Below are positions 1-9,638 of a stretch of 64,000 bases of DNA, one piece after another (position 1 is the stretch's first letter; each line of letters begins with the position of its first letter). This stretch comes from an uncultured Methylomirabilota bacterium. Its GTDB lineage: Bacteria > Methylomirabilota > Methylomirabilia > Methylomirabilales > 2-02-FULL-66-22. Below the pieces are notes generated by a model. The model saw only the letters and a program-made list of their open reading frames with translations. It searched no databases and was not told the origin of the DNA. The translations under genes were made by a program, and so were the position numbers. Where the stretch lies: contig CAWJSJ010000002.1 in the NCBI GenBank assembly GCA_963845565.1, positions 1,696,001 to 1,760,000 on the forward strand. The letters are read 5' to 3'.

Positions 1-1
1 G

Positions 2-1273
2 GCTGAGGTCGAGGCAGCCGCCCTCGCGCAGCGCGAGGTGCTCCCCTCCGGGATGGTCCTCCTGGTCGCCGAGCGGCCGGCCGTGCCGATCGTGGCGGCC
101 ACGCTGACGCTCCAGGCGGGTGCCGTCTTCGATCCGCCGACCAAGCCGGGGGTGGCAAACCTGACCGCGATCATGCTCAGCCAGGGGACCACGACCCGCA
201 CCGCGCCACAGATCAGCGAGGCGATCGAGTTCGTCGGAGGCTCCTTGGGCGTGGAGTCCGGCACGGATACGGCGCGACTCTCCTTCTTGTTTCTGAGCAA
301 AGATCTGGACCTGGCGTTGGATCTGATGGGCGATCTTCTGACCAATCCCACCTTCCCGCCGGCCGAGCTGGCAAAGAAGATTCCGGAGGTCCTGGCGGGC
401 ATCAAGCGGAATCAGGAGGATCCCGGGACGGTGTCCTATGAAGCGTTCATGGCCCTGGTCTATGGCTCCCACCCGTACGGGCGACCGACCGAGGGCACCG
501 AGGCCAGCGTGCCGACCATCACGCGGGACGACATCCTCGCGTTCTATAAGGAATACTACCGACCCAACCGGGCCGTCCTGACCGTGGTCGGGGACGTGCC
601 GATGGCCGATCTGAAGTCACGCCTCCAGGCGCGACTGGGCGGCTGGACCCCGGGCGGGCAGCCCCTCGTCAAACCCGCCGCGCCCGCCGCGCTGGCGAAG
701 GGCGTGACGAAGGCCATCCAGCGGGAGGTGACCCAGGCCGCCATCAATTTCGGCCACCTCGGGATCACCCGGGACAACCCCGATTACTACCCCGTCTACG
801 TGATGAACTACCTGCTCGGCGGCGGCATGAACTCCCGCCTTCTCCAGAAGATCCGCGAGGAGAAGGGCTGGGCGTACGACGTCGGAAGCTCCTTCGCGCC
901 GGGCAAGTACGCCGGGGACTTCAGCGTGACGATGCAGACCAAGAACGAGGTCGCCCAAGAGGCCATCGACGCCGCGCTGGCGGAGATCCGGCGCATCCGT
1001 GACCAGTCCGTCTCCGCCCAGGAGTTGGCCGACGCCAAGGCCTACCTCACCGGGAGCTTCCCCCTGCGGCTCGACACCTCGGCCAAGGTGGTCGGCATGC
1101 TGGCGTCCATCGAGCAGAACGGTCTCGGCCTGGATTACGTGGAGCGTTATCCGATCCTCATCAATGCCGTGACGGCCGCGGATGTCCAGCGGGTGGCGCA
1201 GAAATATCTCGATCCCGAAACGTATGCGCTGGCGATTGTCGCGGACCTGACCAAGGCCAAGCTCAAGCCATAG
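2..1273 (+). CDS. M16 (pitrilysin-like) peptidase, non-catalytic subunit, 5' truncated by window
   Basis: Frame open from base 2. M16 fold motifs: GVANLTAIML in place of HxxEH, HPYGR, REEKGWAY R/Y pair. Confidence 0.85.
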   Translation, partial: AEVEAAALAQREVLPSGMVLLVAERPAVPIVAATLTLQAGAVFDPPTKPGVANLTAIMLSQGTTTRTAPQISEAIEFVGGSLGVESGTDTARLSFLFLSKDLDLALDLMGDLLTNPTFPPAELAKKIPEVLAGIKRNQEDPGTVSYEAFMALVYGSHPYGRPTEGTEASVPTITRDDILAFYKEYYRPNRAVLTVVGDVPMADLKSRLQARLGGWTPGGQPLVKPAAPAALAKGVTKAIQREVTQAAINFGHLGITRDNPDYYPVYVMNYLLGGGMNSRLLQKIREEKGWAYDVGSSFAPGKYAGDFSVTMQTKNEVAQEAIDAALAEIRRIRDQSVSAQELADAKAYLTGSFPLRLDTSAKVVGMLASIEQNGLGLDYVERYPILINAVTAADVQRVAQKYLDPETYALAIVADLTKAKLKP

Positions 1274-1329
1274 CGCCGGGGCGCCTGCGGGCGGGACCGG
1301 TCCCATGGCACCAGGAGGGAGCCAAGCCC

Positions 1330-1746
1330 ATGAATATTCCCCGGCGGTTCGTAGTCTCCGGAGCGGTCACACTCGGGTTGCTCGGCGCCGGCATATCCGG
1401 GGAGGTGCGCGCGCAGGAAATCCCGTGCACGGAAGAGATCCGGACGCTCTGTGCCGATGTGCAGCCCGGGGGTGGACGGATCCTGCAGTGCCTCAAGAAC
1501 AATGCGTCGAAGCTGTCGCCCGCCTGCACCGGGCGGGTGAACGATCTCCAGGGGACCGTGAGCGGTCCATTGGGTGCGTGTCGGGACGATTGGGCGGCGT
1601 TGTGTTATCATCCGCGCGTCTCGACCGGCCGTCAGGAAATGATTCAGTGCCTGAAGGCGCATCAGGCGAAGGTGTCGGCCGGGTGTCAGAAAGCGCTGCA
1701 AGGGATAAGCGGGAAGCGACAACAGCCGGGCGGGACGACCCCCTGA
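1330..1746 (+). CDS. Secreted cysteine-rich repeat protein
   Basis: AGGAGG RBS, signal peptide, two C-x7-C...C-L-x8-C repeats (CTEEIRTLC...QCLK...PAC; CRDDWAALC...QCLK...AGC). Confidence 0.75.
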   Translation: MNIPRRFVVSGAVTLGLLGAGISGEVRAQEIPCTEEIRTLCADVQPGGGRILQCLKNNASKLSPACTGRVNDLQGTVSGPLGACRDDWAALCYHPRVSTGRQEMIQCLKAHQAKVSAGCQKALQGISGKRQQPGGTTP

Positions 1747-1920
1747 GGCGATAGCGCCCCCCCGGCGCCGCCTTTCGGGTAGGCCTACCCCGTTTGGAGT
1801 ACCCGGCAATCCCCCCGGCGCGAGGGGCATTTGCTGGGGAGCCGCCCGCCCGCCGCGTAACTCCCCGCCAGCACGGCCTCGGGGCAGGTCCCGGGGCCCG
1901 GGCACCCGCCCGGCAGCGCC

Positions 1921-1936
1921 TGGCACAGATCGTGCT
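1921..1936 (+). promoter_or_regulatory. sigma54 -24/-12 promoter
   Basis: TGGCACAGATCGTGCT, GG-N10-GC, ~130 nt upstream of ATG 2068. Confidence 0.65.
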
Positions 1937-2067
1937 CTTGTCTCTGGCTGTTCGCATCAACCGGAACCCCGCAGAGAATCCTGTGGGGTGCAAACCTGGC
2001 AGCGACGGGCTGCCGGCCCCACGACGGACCGTCGGGGGGCACAACAGATCGGATAGGAGGGAGTCCC

Positions 2068-2464
2068 ATGAAGAAGGTGCTGGTCGTGTTCGCCGCCCTG
2101 CTGTTCACGGTGGCCGTCGTCGCACCGGTGTTCGCCCAGGGAACGCCGGCCCCGGCAGGCGCCCCGGCCGTCAAGGGCACCGAGGGCCCGGATGTGCGCA
2201 AGGTCGAGCCCAAGGGCACCGAGGGCCCGGATGTGCGCAAGGCCAAGAAGAAGACCGCCTCGTCGGCCGCCCCGAAGGTGAAGGGCACGGAAGGGCCCGG
2301 ATGTGCGCAAGGTCGAGCCCAAGGGCACCGAGGGCCCGGATGTGAAGAAGGCCAAGAAGAAGACCGCCTCGTCTGCCGCCCCGAAGGTCAAGGGCACCGA
2401 GGGTCCGGATGTGCGCAAGGTCGAGCCCAAGGGCACCGAGGGCCCGGATGTGAAGAAGAAGTAG
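2068..2464 (+). CDS. Secreted repeat protein with six KGTEGPDV(R/K)K motifs (apparent +1 frameshift near 2290)
   Basis: AGGAGG RBS and signal peptide MKKVLVVFAALLFTVAVVAPVFA. Repeats continue in the next frame after an extra base in ACGGAAGGGCCCG and end at TAG 2462-2464. Confidence 0.75.
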
Positions 2465-2489
2465 TCGTCGTCGGGTAAGGCTACACACC

Positions 2490-2529
2490 GCAACGCGCCG
2501 GTCGGTTCGCCGACCGGCGCGTTGCTTTT
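2490..2529 (+). terminator. Intrinsic terminator
   Basis: 16-bp perfect stem GCAACGCGCCGGTCGG/CCGACCGGCGCGTTGC, TTCG loop, then TTTT. Confidence 0.8.
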
Positions 2530-2845
2530 GGGTGCCTTGCTACCTCTGCCGAGGATGATCGCCACGCCCGCGCCGCGTGCCGACGTCGTGACGCGCGTCG
2601 CGATCTTGCCGGCTTCCCCTCCTCAGCCGGTTTACGATCTCCCCTTGGAGTCCGTCCGGAAACCAGTTGCGTCAGGCCGAGAAACGATGGAGAATTCGCC
2701 CAATTGCCGTCCCACGGCCGCCGGGTGGCGACACGGAGGATAAGGGGATGGCAGAGAAACAGCGGGGAAGTTTGGGGAATACGGGAAGACATTTCGGCAC
2801 ATTTCCTCGACGCCCACCGTTCCGCTTCACCCGGCGATCCAGGCC

Positions 2846-3751
2846 ATGCTGGCGGCGGAGGTCCCCGGTCCCCCTCTGGATGCGATGCCGATAAACGAAG
2901 CACGCGTCCTGCGGGAAGGGATGATGCTCCAGCGGCCGAGACGGGACGAGCCGGTGGCCCGCGTCGAGGACTGGATGATCCCCGGGTCCGGTCTCGGCAT
3001 CCCGGCGCGCGTCTATACCCCGTCGGGGAAGGTGGGACCGCATCCGATCCTGGTCTTTTTCCACGGTGGAGGTTGGGTCTTCGGCACGCTGGAGACGCAC
3101 GGCGATATCTGCCGCACGCTGTGCCACCGATCCGGCAGCTTGGTCGTCTCGGTGGACTACCGGCGGGCACCGGAACACCGATTTCCAGCGGCGCTGGAGG
3201 ACTGCTGCGCCGCGGTGCGGTGGTGCGCGGGCCATGCGGCCGAGATCGGCGGCGACCCCACGCGACTGGCAGTCGCCGGCGATAGCGCTGGCGGGAACCT
3301 GGCGGCGGCCGTGGCCCTGCGCGGTCGAGACGATGGCGGCCCGACGCTCGCCTTGCAGGTGCTGATCTATCCCGTCACCAATTGTGCTTTCGACACGGCA
3401 TCCTATCACCAGTATGCCTCGGGGTACGGATTGACGCGGGACATGATGCGGTATTTCTGGAAGAGCTATCTGTCGCGCCCAGCCGACGCCAACCACCCCG
3501 CCGCCTCGCCGCTCCAGGCCGCCGACCTCGCCGGTCTGCCGCCGGCCCTCGTCCTGACCGCTCAGTACGACGTGCTGCGGGACGAGGGGGAAGCCTATGC
3601 CGCCCGCCTGGCGCAGGCCGCGGTTCCTGTTCGCTGCACCCGGTACCTGGAGATGAACCACGGATTCGTGCAGCTCGGTGCGCTTTGCGAGCCGGCCCTG
3701 CAGGGGTTGATGGAGATTGCGGAGAGCGTGCGTACCAGCTTCGCCCGGTAG
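2846..3751 (+). CDS. Alpha/beta hydrolase (HSL/Aes-type esterase/lipase)
   Basis: HGGGW, GDSAGG, YDVLRDEG and HGF motifs. True start is probably upstream (ATG 2748 with RBS is in another frame, possible indel). Confidence 0.9.
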   Translation: MLAAEVPGPPLDAMPINEARVLREGMMLQRPRRDEPVARVEDWMIPGSGLGIPARVYTPSGKVGPHPILVFFHGGGWVFGTLETHGDICRTLCHRSGSLVVSVDYRRAPEHRFPAALEDCCAAVRWCAGHAAEIGGDPTRLAVAGDSAGGNLAAAVALRGRDDGGPTLALQVLIYPVTNCAFDTASYHQYASGYGLTRDMMRYFWKSYLSRPADANHPAASPLQAADLAGLPPALVLTAQYDVLRDEGEAYAARLAQAAVPVRCTRYLEMNHGFVQLGALCEPALQGLMEIAESVRTSFAR

Positions 3752-3765
3752 TCTGAGGAGACCAC

Positions 3766-4473
3766 ATGCGATTGCTGCTCATCAGCAACTCGATGACCGA
3801 GGGGATGGGGTACCTGGAGCACGCCAAGCCGGCGGTTCACGACTTCTTCGATGGGGGCGTCCGGCGCGCCCTCTTCCTGCCCTACGCCCGGGTCATGACG
3901 AGCTATGACGCCTACCTGGAGCAGGTCGCGCCGCCGTTTCGCGATCTGGGCTGCGAGGTCGTCGGCATTCACCGGCTCCCGGACCCGGTGCAGGCCGTGG
4001 ATGCGGCGGAGGCGATCCTGGTGGGCGGGGGCAACACCTGGCACCTGGCGCGGGAGGTCCACCGGCTGATGCTGGCCGACCCGATCCGCCGGAAGGTCCG
4101 GGGCGGAACGCCCTACATCGGCTGGAGCGCCGGGAGCAACCTGGCCTGTCCGACGTTCCAGACCACCAACGACATGCCGATCTGTGAGCCGCTGGGGCTC
4201 GATGGGTTGGGACTGGTCCCCTTCCAGCTCAACCCGCACTACCTGGATGGCAATCCGCCGGGGTTCAAGGGCGAGACGCGGGAGGAGCGGATCCGGGAGT
4301 ATCTGGAGCTGCACCCCGACGTCTGGGTGGTCGGCCTCCGCGAAGGGACGATGCTCCGCGTCGAGGACGGGGAGATCCGGCTGATCGGAGAGCGCCCGTG
4401 CCGGGTGTTCAGGAAAGGCGCGGAGCCCCGGGAGTGTGGTGCGAGCGACTCCCTCACCTACCTGCGAAAATAG
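3766..4473 (+). CDS. pepE: Dipeptidase E (peptidase S51)
   Basis: LLLISNS, GGGNT, GWSAGSN, TTNDMPI, NPHY and GETREERI motifs. Confidence 0.93.
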   Translation: MRLLLISNSMTEGMGYLEHAKPAVHDFFDGGVRRALFLPYARVMTSYDAYLEQVAPPFRDLGCEVVGIHRLPDPVQAVDAAEAILVGGGNTWHLAREVHRLMLADPIRRKVRGGTPYIGWSAGSNLACPTFQTTNDMPICEPLGLDGLGLVPFQLNPHYLDGNPPGFKGETREERIREYLELHPDVWVVGLREGTMLRVEDGEIRLIGERPCRVFRKGAEPRECGASDSLTYLRK

Positions 4474-4533
4474 TCCGACCGTTCCTGGTCACTCCTGCGC
4501 GACGACGCCGACGACAACGAGAGGGATGATGGC

Positions 4534-5991
4534 ATGAGACTCCCAGCCAACAAGACGAAGATCGTCTGTACGATCGGCCCGGCATCGGAGTCCCAGGACA
4601 TGATGGAGCGCATGCTCGACGCGGGGATGAGCGTGGCTCGACTGAATTTCTCGCACGGCGATTTCGCCACCCACGCCAAGGTGATCGAGACCCTCCGCGC
4701 CGCGGCCAAGGCGACCGGCCGGCGAGTTGCGATCATGGGCGATCTTCCCGGCCCGAAGATGCGCATCGGACAGCTGGCCGAAGAGCCGGTCGAGCTCAAG
4801 CCCGGCGACATCTTTACCTTGACGACGCAGGAGGTGCTCGGGGATGCCGGGCGCGCCTCGGTCAGCTTCGACCGCCTCCCGCAGGTTGTGAAGCCGAAGG
4901 ACGCCCTGTTCCTGAATGACGGGATCATTCAGCTCGAGGTGGTGGCGGTCCGAGGTGCGGAGGTCGCCTGCCGAGTGGCGGTGGGCGGCGAGCTCCGCTC
5001 GCGCAAGGGTCTCAATTTGCCGGGGATCGACCTGGGCATCAGCGCGTTCACCGACCACGACGCCGAGTGCCTGCGGTTCGCCGCGGCCCAGGGCCTGGAT
5101 GCCGTCAGCCAGTCCTTCGTGGAGTCCGCGGATGACATCCTGACGCTCCGCAAGGCCGCAGAGGACATCGGGTACCGGCCCTTCGTCATCGCCAAGATCG
5201 AGCGCGCCCGGGCGCGCGACCACATCGAGGCCATCCTGGATGCGGCGGACGGCATCATGGTCGCGCGGGGGGACCTGGGGGTCGAGATTCCCATCCAGAT
5301 GATCCCCATCGTGCAGAAATGGCTCGTGCGCCAGGCGAATCTCCGGGGCAAGCCGGCGATCACGGCCACGCACATGCTGGAGTCCATGACGACCAGTCGC
5401 CGGCCGACCCGCGCCGAGGCCACGGACGTCGCCAACGCCATCCTGGACGGGACCGACTGCGTCATGCTATCCGGCGAATCGGCCATGGGAAAGTACCCCG
5501 TCGAGGCGGTGGCCATGCTGGCCGCCATTGCCGAGGCTATCGAGCCGTGCAGGCCGAGCCAGGCGGTCCGGGAGACGCTGCGGGCGAACGACTCGCGGGC
5601 CGAGGTGACCGTCACGGATCTGATCGCGCGGAGCGTCGAGACGACCCTGGAGCAGATCGCACCCGCCGCGGTGTTCGTTCCCACCCACAGCGGAGTCACG
5701 GCCAGGCGCATCACCCGGTTCCGGCTCCCGGTGTGGATCGTGGCGGTGAGTTCGCAGGAGACGACCTGCCAGCGACTCCAGTTCTCCTACGGAGTGTTCC
5801 CGGCACACGAGCCGGAGCATCCGGAAGATTGGAACGGCTATGTACGGGAGTGGCTTCGGGCGCACGAAGTGGAGGGCGATCTCGTGGTCCTGACGGAAGG
5901 CCCGTCGTCGAAGCGGCCCGAGACCAACAACCGGATGGAGATTATTGGCCTGGGCGGCCGCCCGGACGTCAGGAGACCTCCCGGCGCTTAG
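4534..5991 (+). CDS. pyk: Pyruvate kinase
   Basis: TKIVCTIGPAS, ARLNFSHG, DLPGPK, MVARGDLGVE, PTRAEATDVANA and MLSGESA motifs. Confidence 0.97.
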   Translation: MRLPANKTKIVCTIGPASESQDMMERMLDAGMSVARLNFSHGDFATHAKVIETLRAAAKATGRRVAIMGDLPGPKMRIGQLAEEPVELKPGDIFTLTTQEVLGDAGRASVSFDRLPQVVKPKDALFLNDGIIQLEVVAVRGAEVACRVAVGGELRSRKGLNLPGIDLGISAFTDHDAECLRFAAAQGLDAVSQSFVESADDILTLRKAAEDIGYRPFVIAKIERARARDHIEAILDAADGIMVARGDLGVEIPIQMIPIVQKWLVRQANLRGKPAITATHMLESMTTSRRPTRAEATDVANAILDGTDCVMLSGESAMGKYPVEAVAMLAAIAEAIEPCRPSQAVRETLRANDSRAEVTVTDLIARSVETTLEQIAPAAVFVPTHSGVTARRITRFRLPVWIVAVSSQETTCQRLQFSYGVFPAHEPEHPEDWNGYVREWLRAHEVEGDLVVLTEGPSSKRPETNNRMEIIGLGGRPDVRRPPGA

Positions 5992-6092
5992 GAGCCGTTA
6001 CGAAATAACCTATACATCTCTTTCTATTTCGTTACGGCTCCTTATGCCGTTTGGGAATGTCTCCGCTCAACCAATTCTTTGACAACGGCTTA
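5988..6092 (+). repeat. Repeat family A copy 1 (~105-bp double-hairpin MITE/REP-like element)
   Basis: TTA-GGAGCCGTTACGAAATA...TATTTCGTTACGGCTCC-TTA-TGCCGTT...AACGGC-TTA; five copies in the window. Confidence 0.9.
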
Positions 6093-6340
6093 GCGAGGAG
6101 GCGGTCTCTCGGATCCGATCCGCGGCGTCGCTCTCGTCCCCGTGCGACGCGGTTTCCGAATCCTCCGCAGTCGTCCCACCGGATGTGAGTGTCCGCACGC
6201 CAGGTCATCGCTCGGCGTTCCGCTCCTGCCCGAATATCCTCTGGATGGGGGCGAATCGGTCGTGTATACTCAAAAGTTGTGGAACGATGCACCTCACACG
6301 TGAATCGGACGGTGGTATTTTTCGACGGAGGGAGCACATC

Positions 6341-6799
6341 GTGAAATGGTGGATGGCCGTAGGCTTTTTGGCGTGCTGTACGATCACTCCGCCGGTGACG
6401 TTGGTCTCGGCCGAGGCGCAAGACGCGGTCCGGGCGCCGACCGCCAGAGCACAGGATGGCGGCAAACCCCAAGACGGCGTCAAGCCGCCTGATCGCCAGA
6501 TGCAGGCCGAGGCGTATTACGAGCTCGGCGTGATGTATCACGAGCGAGTGTTCGAGTCGCTGGATCTGGCCATCGCCGAGTACGAGAAGGCCGTGAAGGC
6601 GAAGCCGGACTATGCCGAGGCTCACTACAACCTGGCGCTGTCCTACCACACCAAGGCCAAGCTGGGGACGGACGACAAGGCGCTGTACAGGAAGGCCGTG
6701 GCCGAGTACAAGCTGTATCTGCGGTACAGTCCCCAAGGAGATCTGGCGAACAAGGCCAAGCAGAATATCCGGGTTGTGGAAGCCAAGCTTCGCGAGTGA
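6341..6799 (+). CDS. Secreted TPR-repeat protein
   Basis: GGAGGGAG RBS, GTG start, signal peptide, TPR motifs (AEAYYELG, PDYAEAHYNLA). Confidence 0.8.
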   Translation: MKWWMAVGFLACCTITPPVTLVSAEAQDAVRAPTARAQDGGKPQDGVKPPDRQMQAEAYYELGVMYHERVFESLDLAIAEYEKAVKAKPDYAEAHYNLALSYHTKAKLGTDDKALYRKAVAEYKLYLRYSPQGDLANKAKQNIRVVEAKLRE

Positions 6800-6823
6800 C
6801 GTGTGGATCGGGAGAACGGGTCC

Positions 6824-7900
6824 ATGGGATGGTGTGCGCTGTGTGCGCAGGATGCGGGCGGGTGGAGTCGCCGCCAGTTTCTCCTGGCGGTATCCCAGGC
6901 CTGTGTGGCCATGGGCGCGTTGCCCAGATCGGCTGCCGGTCTTTCCATCTACGATGAATCCGGCGACGTGACCATCGGCCGCGAGGCGGACCCCGAAATC
7001 CTCAAGCGATTCGGCTACTACGAATCCCCGGATTTGCAGAATTACGTCGCCCAGGTCGGCCAGCGCGTGGTGGCGGCGTCGGATACCCGTTTCAACTTCC
7101 AGTTCAAGGTGGTGGACCAACCCTACATCAACGCCATGGCCCTGCCGGGCGGATTCGTCTACGTGACCCGCGGCATCCTGGCCGAGATGAACGACGAGGC
7201 GCAGCTCGCCGGTATCCTGGGGCATGAGGCCACGCACGTCAATTCCCGCCACGGCGCCAAGCTGATGACCAAGGCGATGGCGACACAGATCGCCACACTC
7301 CTCGGGATCGGGGCGGCCGCCGCGGCCGGCAGCGGCGCCACGGCCGGGGCCGTGGCGACGATCGCAAACCACATGACCAATTACATGCTTCTGGGGTATG
7401 GGCGAGAGTACGAATTGGAGGCGGACGAGGTCGGTTTGCGCTATGCCAGGCAGGCCGGATACGATCCCCGCCGGATGGTGTCCATGCTCCGATGGATGCG
7501 CCGGAACGACATGCTTCGCGGGCAGAAACTCTACCACGGCTTCGAGGCGTCCCATCCCGATACCGCCATACGGATTGCCAAGGCCGACACCATGGCGCAC
7601 ATGCTGATTGCCGAAAAGGGGCCCCTGGAGGTCCGGGGGAACGAATTCCGGACCCATCTGGACGGCCTGCGGTATGGTGAGGCCAAGGAGCAGCGGCGCC
7701 TCCGGACTTACGTGGTGAAGCCCGGAGACACGCTGGCCAGCATCGCCCGGAGCGAGCTCAATAACGAAGGGCGCCGCTTCGAACTGGCCAGCCTGAACGA
7801 CCTTCGCGATGACGCAGTGCCGGAACCGGGCACGCGCCTCAAGCTGGTGGTCCCGGCAACCAGCAGCGGTTCTATGGATCTGAAGCTGACCCCCCAGTGA
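6824..7900 (+). CDS. M48 zinc metalloprotease (BepA-like) with Tat signal and C-terminal LysM
   Basis: SRRQFL Tat motif, INAMALPGG, HEATH (HExxH), ELEAD, SHP, and YVVKPGDTLASIA LysM. Confidence 0.9.
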   Translation: MGWCALCAQDAGGWSRRQFLLAVSQACVAMGALPRSAAGLSIYDESGDVTIGREADPEILKRFGYYESPDLQNYVAQVGQRVVAASDTRFNFQFKVVDQPYINAMALPGGFVYVTRGILAEMNDEAQLAGILGHEATHVNSRHGAKLMTKAMATQIATLLGIGAAAAAGSGATAGAVATIANHMTNYMLLGYGREYELEADEVGLRYARQAGYDPRRMVSMLRWMRRNDMLRGQKLYHGFEASHPDTAIRIAKADTMAHMLIAEKGPLEVRGNEFRTHLDGLRYGEAKEQRRLRTYVVKPGDTLASIARSELNNEGRRFELASLNDLRDDAVPEPGTRLKLVVPATSSGSMDLKLTPQ

Positions 7901-7950
7901 CGCGCTGTCGCGCGACGCCGCGTCCGGGATGACGTCCCGTCTGACCGGGC

Positions 7951-8739
7951 TTGGGCCTCCTGCGGCGCGTAGATGTCCGCGCCATTCCCACCCTCCGGAT
8001 CATCGCCGTGCCACACCGCGATTATAACAACAAGACGGAGCAGCGGGCGGCCATCGAGCGGATGTTCTCGGCGATCGCCCCGCGATATGACATGCTCAAT
8101 CGGCTACTCAGCGCCGGGCGCGACCGCGTCTGGCGGCGCGAGGCCGTTCGGGCGGCCCGCCTTCCCCCGGACGGGCGACTGCTCGACGTTTGCACGGGAA
8201 CGGCCGATATGGCCCTGGAGGCCGCCCGACAATATCCCGGCGCCCGCATCGCCGGCGTGGACTTCAGCGGCGCCATGATCGACTTGGGTCGGCGGAAGGT
8301 GTTCGACGCCGGGCGTGCGGATCGGGTGGCGTTGTCGGTGGCGCCCGCCGAGGCGTTGCCGTTTGCCGAGGGAATCTTCGATGCCGCCACGGTGGCTTTC
8401 GGCCTCCGCAATGTTCCGGATCGTCGCCAGGCGCTCGTCGAGATGCACCGCGTCCTCAGACCGGGAGGGCGGGCAGTGGTCCTGGAGTTCACGACGCCGC
8501 CGGGGCGGATGTTCCGCAAGATCTACCTGTGGTATTTCCGTCGGGTCCTCCCCCTTATCGGTGGATGGATCTCGGGGCACCGGACGGCGTACGCCTACCT
8601 GCCGGCATCGGTGGGGGAATTCCCGTCGCCAGACGGAGTGGCCGCCTGGTTGCGGGAGGTGGGATTCCGGGAAGTGTCGTACCGCCTCATGACCTTTGGG
8701 ATCGTGGCTATTCACGTGGGAGTCAAAAAGAGCCTCTAG
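7951..8739 (+). CDS. menG: Demethylmenaquinone methyltransferase (UbiE/MenG); start uncertain (GTG 8008 possible)
   Basis: MFSAIAPRYDMLNRLLS, LDVCTGTAD, AFGLRNV and EMHRVLRPGG motifs. Confidence 0.9.
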   Translation: MGLLRRVDVRAIPTLRIIAVPHRDYNNKTEQRAAIERMFSAIAPRYDMLNRLLSAGRDRVWRREAVRAARLPPDGRLLDVCTGTADMALEAARQYPGARIAGVDFSGAMIDLGRRKVFDAGRADRVALSVAPAEALPFAEGIFDAATVAFGLRNVPDRRQALVEMHRVLRPGGRAVVLEFTTPPGRMFRKIYLWYFRRVLPLIGGWISGHRTAYAYLPASVGEFPSPDGVAAWLREVGFREVSYRLMTFGIVAIHVGVKKSL

Positions 8740-8786
8740 GTTTGAGCGCTCGGCCATCGCCCATGAGTTGAACGGCGCAGCAAGTG

Positions 8787-8815
8787 TTGGCCCCGGGTTG
8801 GTCCGGAGGTATAAT
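8787..8815 (+). promoter_or_regulatory. sigma70-type promoter of toxin-antitoxin pair
   Basis: TTGGCC-N17-TATAAT. Confidence 0.5.
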
Positions 8816-8903
8816 CAGATTATAGATTGTTGGGAGTTAGAGCCGGGCCCAGTCTGAAGTGCGGTCAGGTCTGGTTGGTTCCCGAAAAACCGGGGAGGAT
8901 AAA

Positions 8904-9218
8904 ATGGCGGTTGTAGCGACCCGATACGAACATATCGTGTTAGATGAGAGCGGCGCCCCTGCGATCGGGGGTACGACGATGAAGGTCGTTGAGTTGGTTG
9001 CCGAGAGGCTCGGCTATGGCTGGAGTCCGGAGGAACTGTACTTTCAGCACCCGCACCTGTCCATGGCGAAGATCCACTCTGCGCTCGCGTATTATTTCGA
9101 TCATCAGGAAGAGTTGGACAACGACGTCGAGCGGCGCTTGCTAGAGTCGGAACAGATCCGAAAACAAATCCCTCCGTCGCGTCTTCAGGCGCGTTTGGCC
9201 CGTGTCCGGACACTCTGA
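8904..9218 (+). CDS. DUF433-family antitoxin (VapB45-like)
   Basis: GAPAIGGTTMKVVEL, GWSPEEL and HSALAYYFDH motifs; GGAGG RBS. Confidence 0.85.
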   Translation: MAVVATRYEHIVLDESGAPAIGGTTMKVVELVAERLGYGWSPEELYFQHPHLSMAKIHSALAYYFDHQEELDNDVERRLLESEQIRKQIPPSRLQARLARVRTL

Positions 9219-9565
9219 TGGCATTGCAGTTTTTCTTCGACCAGCATGTCCCGCGCGCCATTGCGCTCGGCTTGCGCTTGAGGGGTGTCGATGTTGTGAC
9301 CGCTGCGGAGGACGGAGCTGCCGAATTGGATGACCCGGCGCTGATGGATCGCGCCTCAGACCTTGGGCGAGTCCTTGTATCCTTTGACAGCGACTTGCTG
9401 GCCGAGGCCAATCGTCGGCAACAAACCAATCGGCATTTCTTTGGATTCGTGTTCGCCCATCCGCTTCGGGTGCCTGTTGGGGTGTGTGTCAACGATCTGG
9501 AGTTGATTGCGAAATTGGGCACACCAGAGGAAATTCGCAACTCCGTCCTGTACCTCCCACTCTGA
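9218..9565 (+). CDS. DUF5615-family PIN-like toxin (VapC45-like)
   Basis: FFFDQHVP, GVDVVT, DDPALM and RVLVSFDSD motifs; start overlaps the upstream stop (TGATG). Confidence 0.85.
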   Translation: MALQFFFDQHVPRAIALGLRLRGVDVVTAAEDGAAELDDPALMDRASDLGRVLVSFDSDLLAEANRRQQTNRHFFGFVFAHPLRVPVGVCVNDLELIAKLGTPEEIRNSVLYLPL

Positions 9566-9638
9566 TTTGCTTCGTTTGGCGCCTACACCAGTACGGTGCT
9601 GCGATCGATTCGCCTATGTGGAGAATGATCCGAGAAAG

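Noticed and set aside
2170..2460. Direct repeats as a CRISPR array or programmed frameshift
   Set aside because: Repeats are codon-phased with repeating spacers, there are no cas genes and no slippery site; the shift looks like an indel.
5988..6092. Family A repeat as CRISPR, tRNA or simple terminator
   Set aside because: Dispersed single copies, no cloverleaf, no U-tract, and orientation independent of genes.
6797..6826. TPR gene TGA is in frame with the M48 gene (possible readthrough)
   Set aside because: The M48 gene has its own RBS and an N-terminal Tat signal; no SECIS-like hairpin was seen.
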